A stretch of 62,538 bases of DNA from Thermoplasmata archaeon (GTDB taxonomy: Archaea; Thermoplasmatota; Thermoplasmata; Lutacidiplasmatales; UBA184): contig JAKABH010000003.1 in assembly GCA_021801925.1 (NCBI GenBank), positions 1 to 62,538 on the forward strand, written 5' to 3'. The position numbers and the translations under genes were made by a program. This document shows positions 7,607 to 15,703 of the stretch, in pieces (position 1 is the first letter of the stretch; each line of letters opens with the position of its first letter). Below the pieces are notes generated by a model. It had not been told where the DNA came from and searched no databases. It saw only the letters and a program-made list of their open reading frames with translations.

Positions 7607-10027
7607 ATGCATTCGGCCCGCGCCGCTCGAATCCGCCGCGAACCCGACTTTGGCCGCCGCGCGTTGGCGGTCTTGCTCGTAGTGCCGCTCCTCGCCGCCG
7701 CGTTCGGAGGGGCGGCCCTCGTCGGAGCGGTCGCCGTGAGCCGATCGGCCCCGACCGGAGAACGGGCGGCGGTCGTCCCGGCTCGGCAGACCTTGGCGGT
7801 CGAGGCGACGCTCGATCTCTGCACGGGCCAGAGCGCCCCGGGGAACGCGCCGCCGCGGGACTGCTCGGGGCAGTACCCGTCCGGGGTCGCCTACGACCCC
7901 GCCCAAGGGGTCGTCTTCGCGACCGTCCTCGGGTCGGACAACGTGAGCGTCCTCAACGCCACGACCAACGCCGAGGTGATGAACATCCCGGTCGGCGGGG
8001 GCCCGCTCAGCCCGGTCTTCGACAACGCCACCGGGACGTTGTACGTCGCCGACTCCGATACCGAGAATCTGACGGCGATCGATGCGTCGACCGACCGGGT
8101 GGCGGCGACCATCGGCCTCGGGAGCTACCCGTCGGCCATGGCCTACGACCCGATCCAGCACGAGCTCCTCGTGGTGGAGTCCCAGACGGACACCCTCCAG
8201 ATCGTCGATGCCGCGACCGGCCAGGTCGTGGCGACGGTCGCGGTGGGCAGCAGTCCGTCGGCGGTCGCCTTCGACCCGGTGACGGATCAGGCGTTCGTCG
8301 CGGACCTGGACGGGGGCAACGTGAGCGTGGTCTCGCTCGGGACGGACGCGGTCGTCGCGACCGTCCCCGTCGGCCAGGCCCCGTCGTCCCTGGCGTTCGA
8401 TGCGAGCAGCGGAGCGGTCGTCGTGGCGAACGCCGGCAGCTTCAACGTCTCGGAGATCGATCCGGCGACCGACCACGTCGTCGGGTCGTTCCTCGCCCAC
8501 GGGCTCTACGCCAGCGCCGCGATCGACCTCGCCGGTCCGGGCGAACTGGTGTTCGTGAACCAGCTGAGCGACAACCTGAGCCTCTTCAACGCGACAACGT
8601 ACGGCTGGCTCGGGAACGTGCCGGTCGGGCAGGGCCCCCAGAGCGCCGCCTACGACCCCGCTTCGGGCCGGCTGTACGTCGCCGACTTCGACACCGACAA
8701 CGTCTCGGTCGTGCGCGTCGATCCCGCGGCCCCGGCCGGCACGATCCCGCTCGGCCTCGATCCGTCCGCCATCGCCCTCGACTCGGCGACCGGCCAGCTC
8801 GTGCTCGCGGTGCCGACGCCGCAGAACCTGAGCGTCGTGGATCCCGCCACCGGGCGGGTCACCTCCGCGGTGCCGCTCCCGGGCGTCCCGGCCGGTCTCG
8901 CCGCCGATCCCATCACCGGGCAGGTGTTCGTCGCCCAGCCGGAGCCGTACTTCGCGAACGGCACGATCCCCAACACCGTGAGCGTCGTCAACCTCTCCCT
9001 GGGAACGGTCACGCGCCAGATCGTGGTCGGCGACGGCCCCCAGGCGGTCGCCTACGACCCGAGTTCGGGCTCGATCCTCGTCACCGACGGGGCCGCCTCC
9101 AACGTCACCGAGATCGATCCGGCGAACGGCTCCGTGATCGCGAACCTCTCGGTCGGAGAAGGACCGTCCGCGGTCGCCGTGGGGGGGGCCGGGGATCCGA
9201 CGTTCGTCGCGAACGAGCTCTCCGACAACGTGAGCGTGCTCGGCGGCACTCCCCTCGGGGTCGTCGGCGCCATCGCCGTCCCCGGGGGGCCGGTCGACCT
9301 TCTGGAACTCCCCGGCCTCGACCGGCTGTTCGTCTCGGAGGGGTTTTCCGATACGGTGAGCGTCGTCAACACGACCTCCGATCGCCTGCTCTCGACCGTG
9401 ACGGTCGGGCTCGCCCCCGGGGCGATGGCCTACGACAACGCGACCGGGGACGTCCTGGTCGTCGACTCCCTCTCCGATTCGGTCGCGCTCCTCGATCCGG
9501 CGACCGGCGCGGTGGTAGGCACCGTCCCGGTCGGCCCCGATCCGACCGGCATCGCCTTCGATCCGGCGACCGGGACGGCGTTCGTGACCGACCGGGGCGC
9601 CGGCGCGGTCTCGATCCTCGGGATGCAGAACGTCGTCGACTTCCCGGTCCGGTTTGCCGAGAGCGGACTCCCCGGGGGGACCTCATGGTCGGTGACGGTC
9701 GACGGCGCTACGCTCTCGTCGACGGGGACGGAGGTGAACGCGAGCCTCGCCAACGGGAGCTACCCGTACTCGGTCGGGCCGGTGAGCGGCTATACGGCGA
9801 CCCCGGCGACCGGCACCGTGGTCGTCCAGGGCGGGGGATCGGTGAACGTCACGTTCGCCGCCGTTGGCACGGGGCCGGGCCCGAACCCGACCCCGGCCGG
9901 AAGTTCGGGGTTCGACTGGGTGCCGGTCGCCGCGGGCCTCGCCGTCGCGATCGTCGCCGCGGTCGGGCTCCTCGCCTACCTCCGCTTCCGGGGCCGCGGG
10001 CCCCGGGGCGGCCCCTCGTCGCCCTGA
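7607..10027 (+). CDS. Large cell-surface YVTN-type beta-propeller repeat protein with thermopsin-like C-terminal domain and TM anchor
   Basis: ATG at 7607 within ORF 7211..10027. N-terminal signal/TM segment ALAVLLVVPLLAAAFGG. About 16 repeats of ~42 aa (..P.gvAyDp..g.lyVad..sdNVSVid..t..vv.ti.vG..). C-terminal module FPVRFAESGLPGGTSWSVTVDG...NGSYPYSV. TM anchor VPVAAGLAVAIVAAVGLLAYL followed by RFRGRG. 21 N-x-S/T sequons. Confidence 0.8.
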   Translation: MHSARAARIRREPDFGRRALAVLLVVPLLAAAFGGAALVGAVAVSRSAPTGERAAVVPARQTLAVEATLDLCTGQSAPGNAPPRDCSGQYPSGVAYDPAQGVVFATVLGSDNVSVLNATTNAEVMNIPVGGGPLSPVFDNATGTLYVADSDTENLTAIDASTDRVAATIGLGSYPSAMAYDPIQHELLVVESQTDTLQIVDAATGQVVATVAVGSSPSAVAFDPVTDQAFVADLDGGNVSVVSLGTDAVVATVPVGQAPSSLAFDASSGAVVVANAGSFNVSEIDPATDHVVGSFLAHGLYASAAIDLAGPGELVFVNQLSDNLSLFNATTYGWLGNVPVGQGPQSAAYDPASGRLYVADFDTDNVSVVRVDPAAPAGTIPLGLDPSAIALDSATGQLVLAVPTPQNLSVVDPATGRVTSAVPLPGVPAGLAADPITGQVFVAQPEPYFANGTIPNTVSVVNLSLGTVTRQIVVGDGPQAVAYDPSSGSILVTDGAASNVTEIDPANGSVIANLSVGEGPSAVAVGGAGDPTFVANELSDNVSVLGGTPLGVVGAIAVPGGPVDLLELPGLDRLFVSEGFSDTVSVVNTTSDRLLSTVTVGLAPGAMAYDNATGDVLVVDSLSDSVALLDPATGAVVGTVPVGPDPTGIAFDPATGTAFVTDRGAGAVSILGMQNVVDFPVRFAESGLPGGTSWSVTVDGATLSSTGTEVNASLANGSYPYSVGPVSGYTATPATGTVVVQGGGSVNVTFAAVGTGPGPNPTPAGSSGFDWVPVAAGLAVAIVAAVGLLAYLRFRGRGPRGGPSSP

Positions 10028-10225
10028 CCCGCCCCCGACGAGGCGGTCGGGGGCCCCCCGAATGGCGGGCCGGGGGGTTCACCCCCACGCCCCCGGGCGT
10101 CGGCCCGGGTCAGCGGAGAAGCGCAGCGCGGGGGCGCCAAACCGTGGCGGGCCGGGGGCCGGCCGTTCGAGGAACAGCTCCCGTCCCGCTCGGGATCGCC
10201 GAAACGGTGCGCCGGTGGGGGCCGG

Positions 10226-11578
10226 TCAACGGGGCTTGGCGTCTCCCGGTGAACCCACGCGCCGGACGGTCGCGTAGGCGAACGCCACCAGGAGGACCCC
10301 GCCGCTCACGAGAAGGGGAAGCCCGATGAACGGCAGCACGACCAAGGAGATACCCAGGGCGACGGCCGGGATCGCCCAGCGGGCCGCCCGGGACGCGGCG
10401 AGGGGGAGGCGGAGCCGGACGCCGGCCGCGCAGCCGATCACGTACACCGCGATCGCCGCCCCGCTCGCCACCAGCAGCGCCTCGGTGAGGCTCACGTCCG
10501 CCAGATAGTACACCCCCATCACCGCGCTGATGCCGCCGAGGAGGGTGAGCAGCGCGCGGTCGGGCACACGCGACGACGGATCGATGTGGGCGAGCGCGCG
10601 GGGAAACCCGCCGTCCCGGGCGGTCGCGTAGACGACGCGGGACATCCCGGTGGTGTAGGCGTTCACCACCCCGAAGACGACGAACAGGGCCAGGACCGCG
10701 GTGCCGGCCGCCCCGAACGGGCCGAAGACGTTGCCCAGGATGGCGGCGAACGGCGCGACGCCGCCGCCCGCCCGGAACGCCCCGGTTCCGATCGTGACGA
10801 AGGCGACGGCGAAGTAGAGCGTACCCACCACCCCCACGCTGGCGAAGACGCTCCGGGGCAGATCCCGGGCCGGGTTCTCGAACTCTTCGGCGACGTTGGA
10901 GACGTTCTCGTAGCCGAGGAACGACCAGAAGATGAGCGCCGCCGCGGTCCCCACGGGCGCGATCCCATCGGGGAAGAACGGCGTGAACTCCGCGGCGTGG
11001 ACCCGGGGGGCCGACACGAGCACGGTCACCGCGAGGAGCGCGACGATCGCGCCGATCACCGCCAGCTGTACCCGGGCGCTGAGGACGATCCCCCGATAGT
11101 TGACCGCGACCGCCGACGCGACGACGGCAAACCCGAGCAGATACGTCTCGGGCCGGCTCAGCGGGAAGGCGTAGCCCAGGTACGAGGCGGCGATCAGCGC
11201 GACGGCCGGGGCGCCGGTCATCGTCCACAGCGCGAACAGCCAGCCGGTCGCGGTGGCGACCCGGGGTCCGAACGCCTCCCGGGCGAATCCGTAGATCCCC
11301 CCGGACTCCGGCCGACGGGCCGATAGCCCCGCGAAGGTAAGGGCGAACGGAAGGCTCGCCCCGGCGAGCAGCGCCCACGCGATCAAGGCGCCCGGGCCCG
11401 CGATCTGGCCGGTGATCCCGGGGAGGACGAGGATCCCCGAGCCCAGGACCGAGCTCACGTAGAGGGCGATCGCGTTGCGGCGCCGAAGGACCGGGCGCAG
11501 CCCGCGGGTCGGAGGCGCGATCGGCCCCGGGGGGGAGGCGATCGGAGTCGAACCCGAGGGTGTCGTCCCGGTTGGCAC
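10226..11578 (-). CDS. APC-superfamily amino acid permease
   Basis: C-terminal ~450 aa of ORF 10226..12007. Motifs: NAIALYVSSVLGSGILVLPG..., GGIYGFAREAFGP, FWSFLGYENVSNVAEEFENP. Proposed GTG start at 11578. TATATTT lies ~40 nt upstream on the coding strand. Confidence 0.8.
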   Translation of the reverse strand: MPTGTTPSGSTPIASPPGPIAPPTRGLRPVLRRRNAIALYVSSVLGSGILVLPGITGQIAGPGALIAWALLAGASLPFALTFAGLSARRPESGGIYGFAREAFGPRVATATGWLFALWTMTGAPAVALIAASYLGYAFPLSRPETYLLGFAVVASAVAVNYRGIVLSARVQLAVIGAIVALLAVTVLVSAPRVHAAEFTPFFPDGIAPVGTAAALIFWSFLGYENVSNVAEEFENPARDLPRSVFASVGVVGTLYFAVAFVTIGTGAFRAGGGVAPFAAILGNVFGPFGAAGTAVLALFVVFGVVNAYTTGMSRVVYATARDGGFPRALAHIDPSSRVPDRALLTLLGGISAVMGVYYLADVSLTEALLVASGAAIAVYVIGCAAGVRLRLPLAASRAARWAIPAVALGISLVVLPFIGLPLLVSGGVLLVAFAYATVRRVGSPGDAKPR

Positions 11579-12101
11579 CGTCCCCCGTCGGCGGTCGGCC
11601 CAGTCGGGCGCGGCAAATATAGCCGACGGCGACCAACGCCTTCGGGCGGCACCTCGGTCCCCCGACGTGGCGGCGATCCCAGTTTCCGACCGGCGGCTCG
11701 GACTCCGGTCCCTCGGGGCCGGCTCCCGCACGCCGCCTCCCACGGGCGGGGGTGTTCGCACCGATCCAACCGGGGGTCGGCGCCTCGTCGGTCGTAACGC
11801 GGCATGCCGCCGCGTCGGGGGTACCAGGGGGGGAGCCGGCCCGGCTGGCCCGCCGCGCCGAGCCGTCGCGGGCGCCGGTCGCCCCGGTTCGGGATCGGGG
11901 GATCGGTTCTGGACGTGTCGTCCCCGGACGCGGCGCGCATGCCATCCCCCGGGTCCCTCCTTCGTGGGGAATCCGGGCTCTGCCGAGAGGATGCGACCCA
12001 CGATCACGGGGCGACAGCGGACAGACTAGGAGCCCGGAGCATAACCCACCCCGTCCTGACGGCGGATCTACTGACGGTACTATGGCCGGGCTCGTCTATC
12101 G

Positions 12102-12488
12102 GTGGGCATGCCCGCCGAGAAGGAGCCGGCCTTCCGACGATACGATCCGCTTCAGCGAGGCGCAGACCGAGCGGTGGAAGCGAAGGGTCCATCGGTCTAC
12201 TGTCCCCCGGACCCGTGGCGGGTGACGGAGAGCTCTCTATGTCCACGAGGGAGGCCCCCGCTCGGAGAACGGTTCACCCCGTTCATGCGACGGAAGGTGC
12301 GAAGTCGAAGGGGTCGGGCGGAGTATCGGTGGCGGAAGATGAGCGGGGAGCCGGTGTTCGGGCAGATCAAGCAGGGACCGGGGTTACGGCAGTTCCTCCT
12401 CCGAGGGAAGGAGAAGGTCGGAGCGGAGTGGAAGCTCGGGTGCCGGACCCATAACCTCAGGAAGCTGCACGCGGCAAGTCTCGGCTAA
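12102..12488 (+). pseudogene. C-terminal remnant of an IS1182/IS5-like DDE transposase
   Basis: The tail ..MRRKVRSRRGRAEYRWRKMSGEPVFGQIKQGPGLRQFLLRGKEKVGAEWKLGCRTHNLRKLHAA matches the conserved C-terminal signature of these transposases (Y..R...vEpvFGqIK...g.rrF.lRG.ekv..Ew.l.c...Nl.kL). No N-terminal or DDE core is present. Confidence 0.5.
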
Positions 12489-12684
12489 GGTCGGCGAGAG
12501 GCGAGGCGCTCGGGAGGGTCCCGACAACCCACGCGGAGGAGCCCCTCCTCGCACCTCGCAACGAGTACGACTACGGGCTCCCGGGCCAAGTGCGGTAACT
12601 CCTGTGATCTACCGGAATGTCGCGTGTCGTGGGTGTGGGGCTATCTGTACCCGGGAGGGGCCGGAACGGAACATCGGATAGAAA

Positions 12685-13401
12685 TCAGAGACTTTCGCGC
12701 ACATTGAGCGCGTTCAACGTCTCCGCAATGCGGTCTTTGCAAGAGTAGCGGGTTGCCAGTTTGGCCACCTTGGTCCAATCCGTAACGTGCATACCGACCA
12801 AACCGATGTCGTATGCATCTTTCCTAACCTTACCACGGAGAAACTGACTCTCGACCGGCGACAGGAGGCGGTGAGAAAGTTCCCAAGAGCGATCCCGGTA
12901 CGCCTTCACTTTCTGGAGGAGTAGAAGCTCAGGAGTGGGAACGAGCACCGCCTCTTTGCCGATTGTCCACGCCCCGCAGTTATCCTCCAAGAGCGTGTAG
13001 GGAAGCTTCACCTGCTGGTCTTCTTTGAAAGGAGGCCCCTGGTCGATTTGAGCCGCGTCGATCTCTATGTATTCTGTGCGGTCGCCAACTTGCACCGGTT
13101 TCCTGTACGACCGCGCGAAGGGACCACCATCGGCCACATATCCGTTCTCTCGGTAGTACTCTTCGAGGAACCTCTCGAGAATCCATTGGTGGGGAAGGAC
13201 GATGTCGATGTCGCGACTGCCAAGTCCTCGGTGGTAGTGCCAGGCAGCCCAGCCCCCAATCAGAAAGAAACGAGGACCCCGAGCGCGTGCCCAAGGAGCG
13301 AGGCGTTCAATCTCCCTGTAACTCTCCTGAGTAACCTCTTCTGAGTACTCTTCCCGGAGGTCACTTGGAGTGTCGTCTATCGACGACGGTCTGCTACTCA
13401 A
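12685..13401 (-). CDS. Pol-beta-fold nucleotidyltransferase, AbiEii/MenT-like putative toxin
   Basis: ORF 12685..13401 with a TTG start. NTase motif FFLIGGWAAWHYHRGLGSRDIDIVLP (GG-x13-DxD), with a later acidic residue in YIEIDAAQ. The start overlaps the stop of the upstream wHTH gene within TTGAGTAG. Confidence 0.55.
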   Translation of the reverse strand: MSSRPSSIDDTPSDLREEYSEEVTQESYREIERLAPWARARGPRFFLIGGWAAWHYHRGLGSRDIDIVLPHQWILERFLEEYYRENGYVADGGPFARSYRKPVQVGDRTEYIEIDAAQIDQGPPFKEDQQVKLPYTLLEDNCGAWTIGKEAVLVPTPELLLLQKVKAYRDRSWELSHRLLSPVESQFLRGKVRKDAYDIGLVGMHVTDWTKVAKLATRYSCKDRIAETLNALNVRESL

Positions 13402-14035
13402 GACGCACGCCCCATAACTCCATGAACAAATCTCTCGCCGCGTAGGCTCGGTTGTCGCACACCAGGTCTACAACGGTTCGGAAGCGAGACGTCCGACGAA
13501 GAGAGCTCTTCTGGTCAGGTCCTTCTTGGTCCCCCTCCAAAGGGATGTCGGCCTGGTACACACTAACGGACAGTATACCTACGTCGTTCGGAGTCAGACG
13601 GGATAGCAATTTCTTCGGGGTCGGATGATAGACAGCCACCCGATCGGGGCGGAAGTAATCGCTGTATTGTGCGAGCGCGCTCTCCAGGCACAGAGTTGCC
13701 CCCTCACCAGTCAAAATCTGCGCGGCCTGATCCATGCCTGCCCTGACCTTTGTCGTTCCCGCGAGCGCCCGGGACATGACCCGTTGGTATGGGAACAGAG
13801 CTAGAATCAAGCTAGTCGGCTGGGTGACCTCGAATCGGCCGTCAGACTTTCGGCGCACAATGTGGTGGTGATCCTCTAGCCATCGGACAAGGCGGCTTAC
13901 CTGGCTCGGCTGCGCCCCCGCGGCCGCTGCTATTTCGGTTTGCAGGAAGGGCTGCTTAACAGTTAGAATTTCGCGTACAATTCGGTAGTTAACTGGGGCC
14001 GTGGCGTCGATTCGCGCTGGGGTAGATTTAATCAT
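13394..14035 (-). CDS. Winged-HTH protein, AbiEi-like putative antitoxin/regulator
   Basis: ORF 13394..14035. N-terminal wHTH: FLQTEIAAAAGAQPSQVSRLVRWLEDHHHIVRRKSDGRFEV. C-terminal part (GATLCLESALAQYSDYFRPDRVAVYHP) resembles the AbiEi C-terminal domain pattern. Confidence 0.5.
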   Translation of the reverse strand: MIKSTPARIDATAPVNYRIVREILTVKQPFLQTEIAAAAGAQPSQVSRLVRWLEDHHHIVRRKSDGRFEVTQPTSLILALFPYQRVMSRALAGTTKVRAGMDQAAQILTGEGATLCLESALAQYSDYFRPDRVAVYHPTPKKLLSRLTPNDVGILSVSVYQADIPLEGDQEGPDQKSSLRRTSRFRTVVDLVCDNRAYAARDLFMELWGVRLE

Positions 14036-14053
14036 TGTTACAAAATTTCATAA

Positions 14054-14071
14054 TCTTTAAATGTATTTAAA
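14054..14071 (-). promoter_or_regulatory. A/T-rich promoter region (two TTTAAA-type TATA boxes) for the wHTH/NTase pair
   Basis: Minus strand reads TCTTTAAATACATTTAAAGATTATGAAATTTTGTAACAATG. The boxes lie 19-36 nt upstream of the ATG at 14035. Confidence 0.4.
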
Positions 14072-14109
14072 GACTTGCGAGCATAGGCGCCCGTTGAAAT
14101 GGCGGCACT

Positions 14110-14151
14110 CCGAGCTACGATGGAGGGGTACCCCCCCTCATCGTAGCTCGG
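14110..14151. repeat. Strong imperfect hairpin (13 bp + 1-nt bulge + 5 bp, 5-nt loop) between the integrase and the AbiE-like operon
   Basis: CCGAGCTACGATGGAGGGG TACCC CCCCTCATCGTAGCTCGG. On the minus strand it lies downstream of the integrase stop and upstream of the A/T-rich promoter. Confidence 0.6.
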
Positions 14152-14229
14152 GGTCCCCCGCCGTCAACAACAGGTCCGTAGTGATCCCTCTCCTACCGAT
14201 GCAGATGCGCGCAAACATGAGGAGCGATG

Positions 14230-14252
14230 CCTACTACTGAATCAGTAGTAGG
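14230..14252. repeat. Perfect 11+11 palindrome spanning the integrase stop codon
   Basis: CCTACTACTGA A TCAGTAGTAGG. The stop codon (TAG on the minus strand) is at 14234-14236. Confidence 0.6.
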
Positions 14253-15567
14253 ATGGCCCGCGATAGAAGAACCCGGATTCGCATCCACCGGGCATAAGAT
14301 CGCGGCCCGTCCGGGGGATCAGACAGTCCCGCCTCTGCTCGGCCGAGTTGTGCCTTCAGCCGGCGCGCGATGAAAGAGCGGACCTTCGGGTCGTCAAGAA
14401 GGTTGGCAAGCGCATCCTCTTGGGCCTTCCACTTCGCCCGCTCCTCCACGCCACCAAGACTGAGCGGACCACCGCACTGGACGCAGAACTTCCCGTCCGG
14501 GTCGTTTGAGGTCGAGCAGCGAGCACCCACGCGCGGATGCTTCGACTTCGGGGTTTCCGATCGGCCCAGGTCGATTCCGTGGGCTCGGGCGAGCGCGTCC
14601 TCGACTTCCTTGCCCGACAGGTGAACGTAAGTCTTTGCCATCGGGGAACCCCGCTGCCAACCGAAGAACTTCTCGAGCACCGAGGTCGACACCTGGGGAT
14701 TCTGTGCGACGGCCGTGGCTCGGGAGTGCCGGAAGCTGTGCGGATTCACCGGCTTCGCCACGCCGGCGCGGGACGCCGCTCTCTCGAGCAGCTTGACGAC
14801 GTAGCGGGAACCAATTCCACTTCCGCTCGGGTTTGCCTGCTCGACCTGAACCCAGAGCGGAGAGCCCCTGTCGCCGGCTCGGGGATGGTTCTTGAGCCAG
14901 AGGAGAAGGTTCGGCACCGCGGCCTCGAAGAGAGGGACCGTTCGGCGCCCGGTCTTTCCTGTCGGGAAGTAGAGGCGGACTGCCCCGTATTCGGTCCTCT
15001 CCACGTCCCCGATTCGCAGGGTCAACACCTCGCCGATCCGACCCCCGCTTTCGTAGAGGACCCAGATCAGGGCCTTGTCGCGGAGGTTGACGGTATGATC
15101 GGCTATCCGCGCGACCTCCTCCGGCGTCAACACATCGTTGTGGTCCTTCCGGCTCGCCCCTCGGGCGGAGAGTGGTATCTTGAGCCAGCGGGGGAACTCC
15201 TTCCCATCGCGATCGAACCGCCACTTCCCGAACGAGTAGAGGACGGAGCGAGCCGTAATCTTGGTCCAGACCTCCTTTCGCGGTAGGCCCCAAGGAACTT
15301 CGCGGGCGTCTCCCGGTTCGGTTCCAGAAGGTCCCGGCCGAGTCGCTTCGGGGCCGCCTGAGGATTCGCGAAGTAGGTCACTGTCTTTGGTGCAGAGACC
15401 GCTTCCCTACGAGCCTCCACGAACTCGAGGATCGCCTGAGCGGTTTCGGAGGGGACGCCCGAGTCTTCGGAGCGCAGGCGGGCCTCGGCGTGGGCAATCT
15501 GGGCAAGCGTGTCGTGGAGGTCAGACCGGCGATTGTCGGCGACCGGTTCGACCGGGGCGGCACCCAT
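14234..15567 (-). CDS. Tyrosine recombinase/integrase with C-terminal zinc ribbon and an apparent -1 frame break near 15262-15275
   Basis: The catalytic frame (ORF 14234..15133) has R..HSFRHSRAT..AKTYVHLS and CSTSNDPDGKFCVQCG. It reads protein-like for ~50 further codons upstream (LPRKEVWTKITARSVLYSFGKWRFDRDGKEFPRWLKIP..) without any ATG/GTG/TTG. The N-terminal SAM-like part is in ORF 15127..15567 (..AQAILEFVEARREAVSAPKTVTYF..AKFLGAYRE). Confidence 0.75.
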
Positions 15568-15611
15568 CGCTTCGAGGGAGGGCGGTCAACGGATACGAAC
15601 CCTCGGACCAA

Positions 15612-15684
15612 AGCCGCGGGAGGGATTTGAACCCTCGGCCTGCTCCTTACCAAGGAGCCGCTCTGCCAGCTGAGCCACCGCGGC
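15612..15684 (-). tRNA. tRNA-Thr (GGU)
   Basis: Minus strand reads GCCGCGG TG GCTC AGCTGGCA GAGC G GCTCC TTGGTAA GGAGC AGGCC GAGGG TTCAAAT CCCTC CCGCGGC T. This is a perfect 73-nt cloverleaf. Confidence 0.9.
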
Positions 15685-15703
15685 GTCGAGACGAACCCGA
15701 GAC

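Larger units (their letters stand above)
12489..15611. mobile_element. Integrated element / genomic islet at the 3' end of tRNA-Thr (integrase + AbiE-like pair)
   Basis: G+C and codon usage look lower by eye than the flanks. The integrase gene starts 45 nt from the tRNA 3' end in the same orientation. The far side abuts a transposase scar. No clean att direct repeat was found, so the left border is approximate. Confidence 0.5.

Noticed and set aside
12504-12532. Possible degenerate att copy of the tRNA-Thr 3' half (AGGCGCTCGGGAGGGTCCCGACAACCCAC vs AGCCGCGGGAGGGATTTGAACCCTC).
   Set aside because: Only an 8-mer plus short blocks match, and gaps are needed. CGGGAGGG-like strings recur nearby. 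This is not strong enough to define the island border.
15262-15275. Programmed -1 ribosomal frameshift in the integrase.
   Set aside because: There is no X XXY YYZ slippery heptamer at the frame junction (sequence TACCGCGAAAGGAGG) and no obvious downstream pseudoknot. An indel or pseudogenisation is the simpler explanation.
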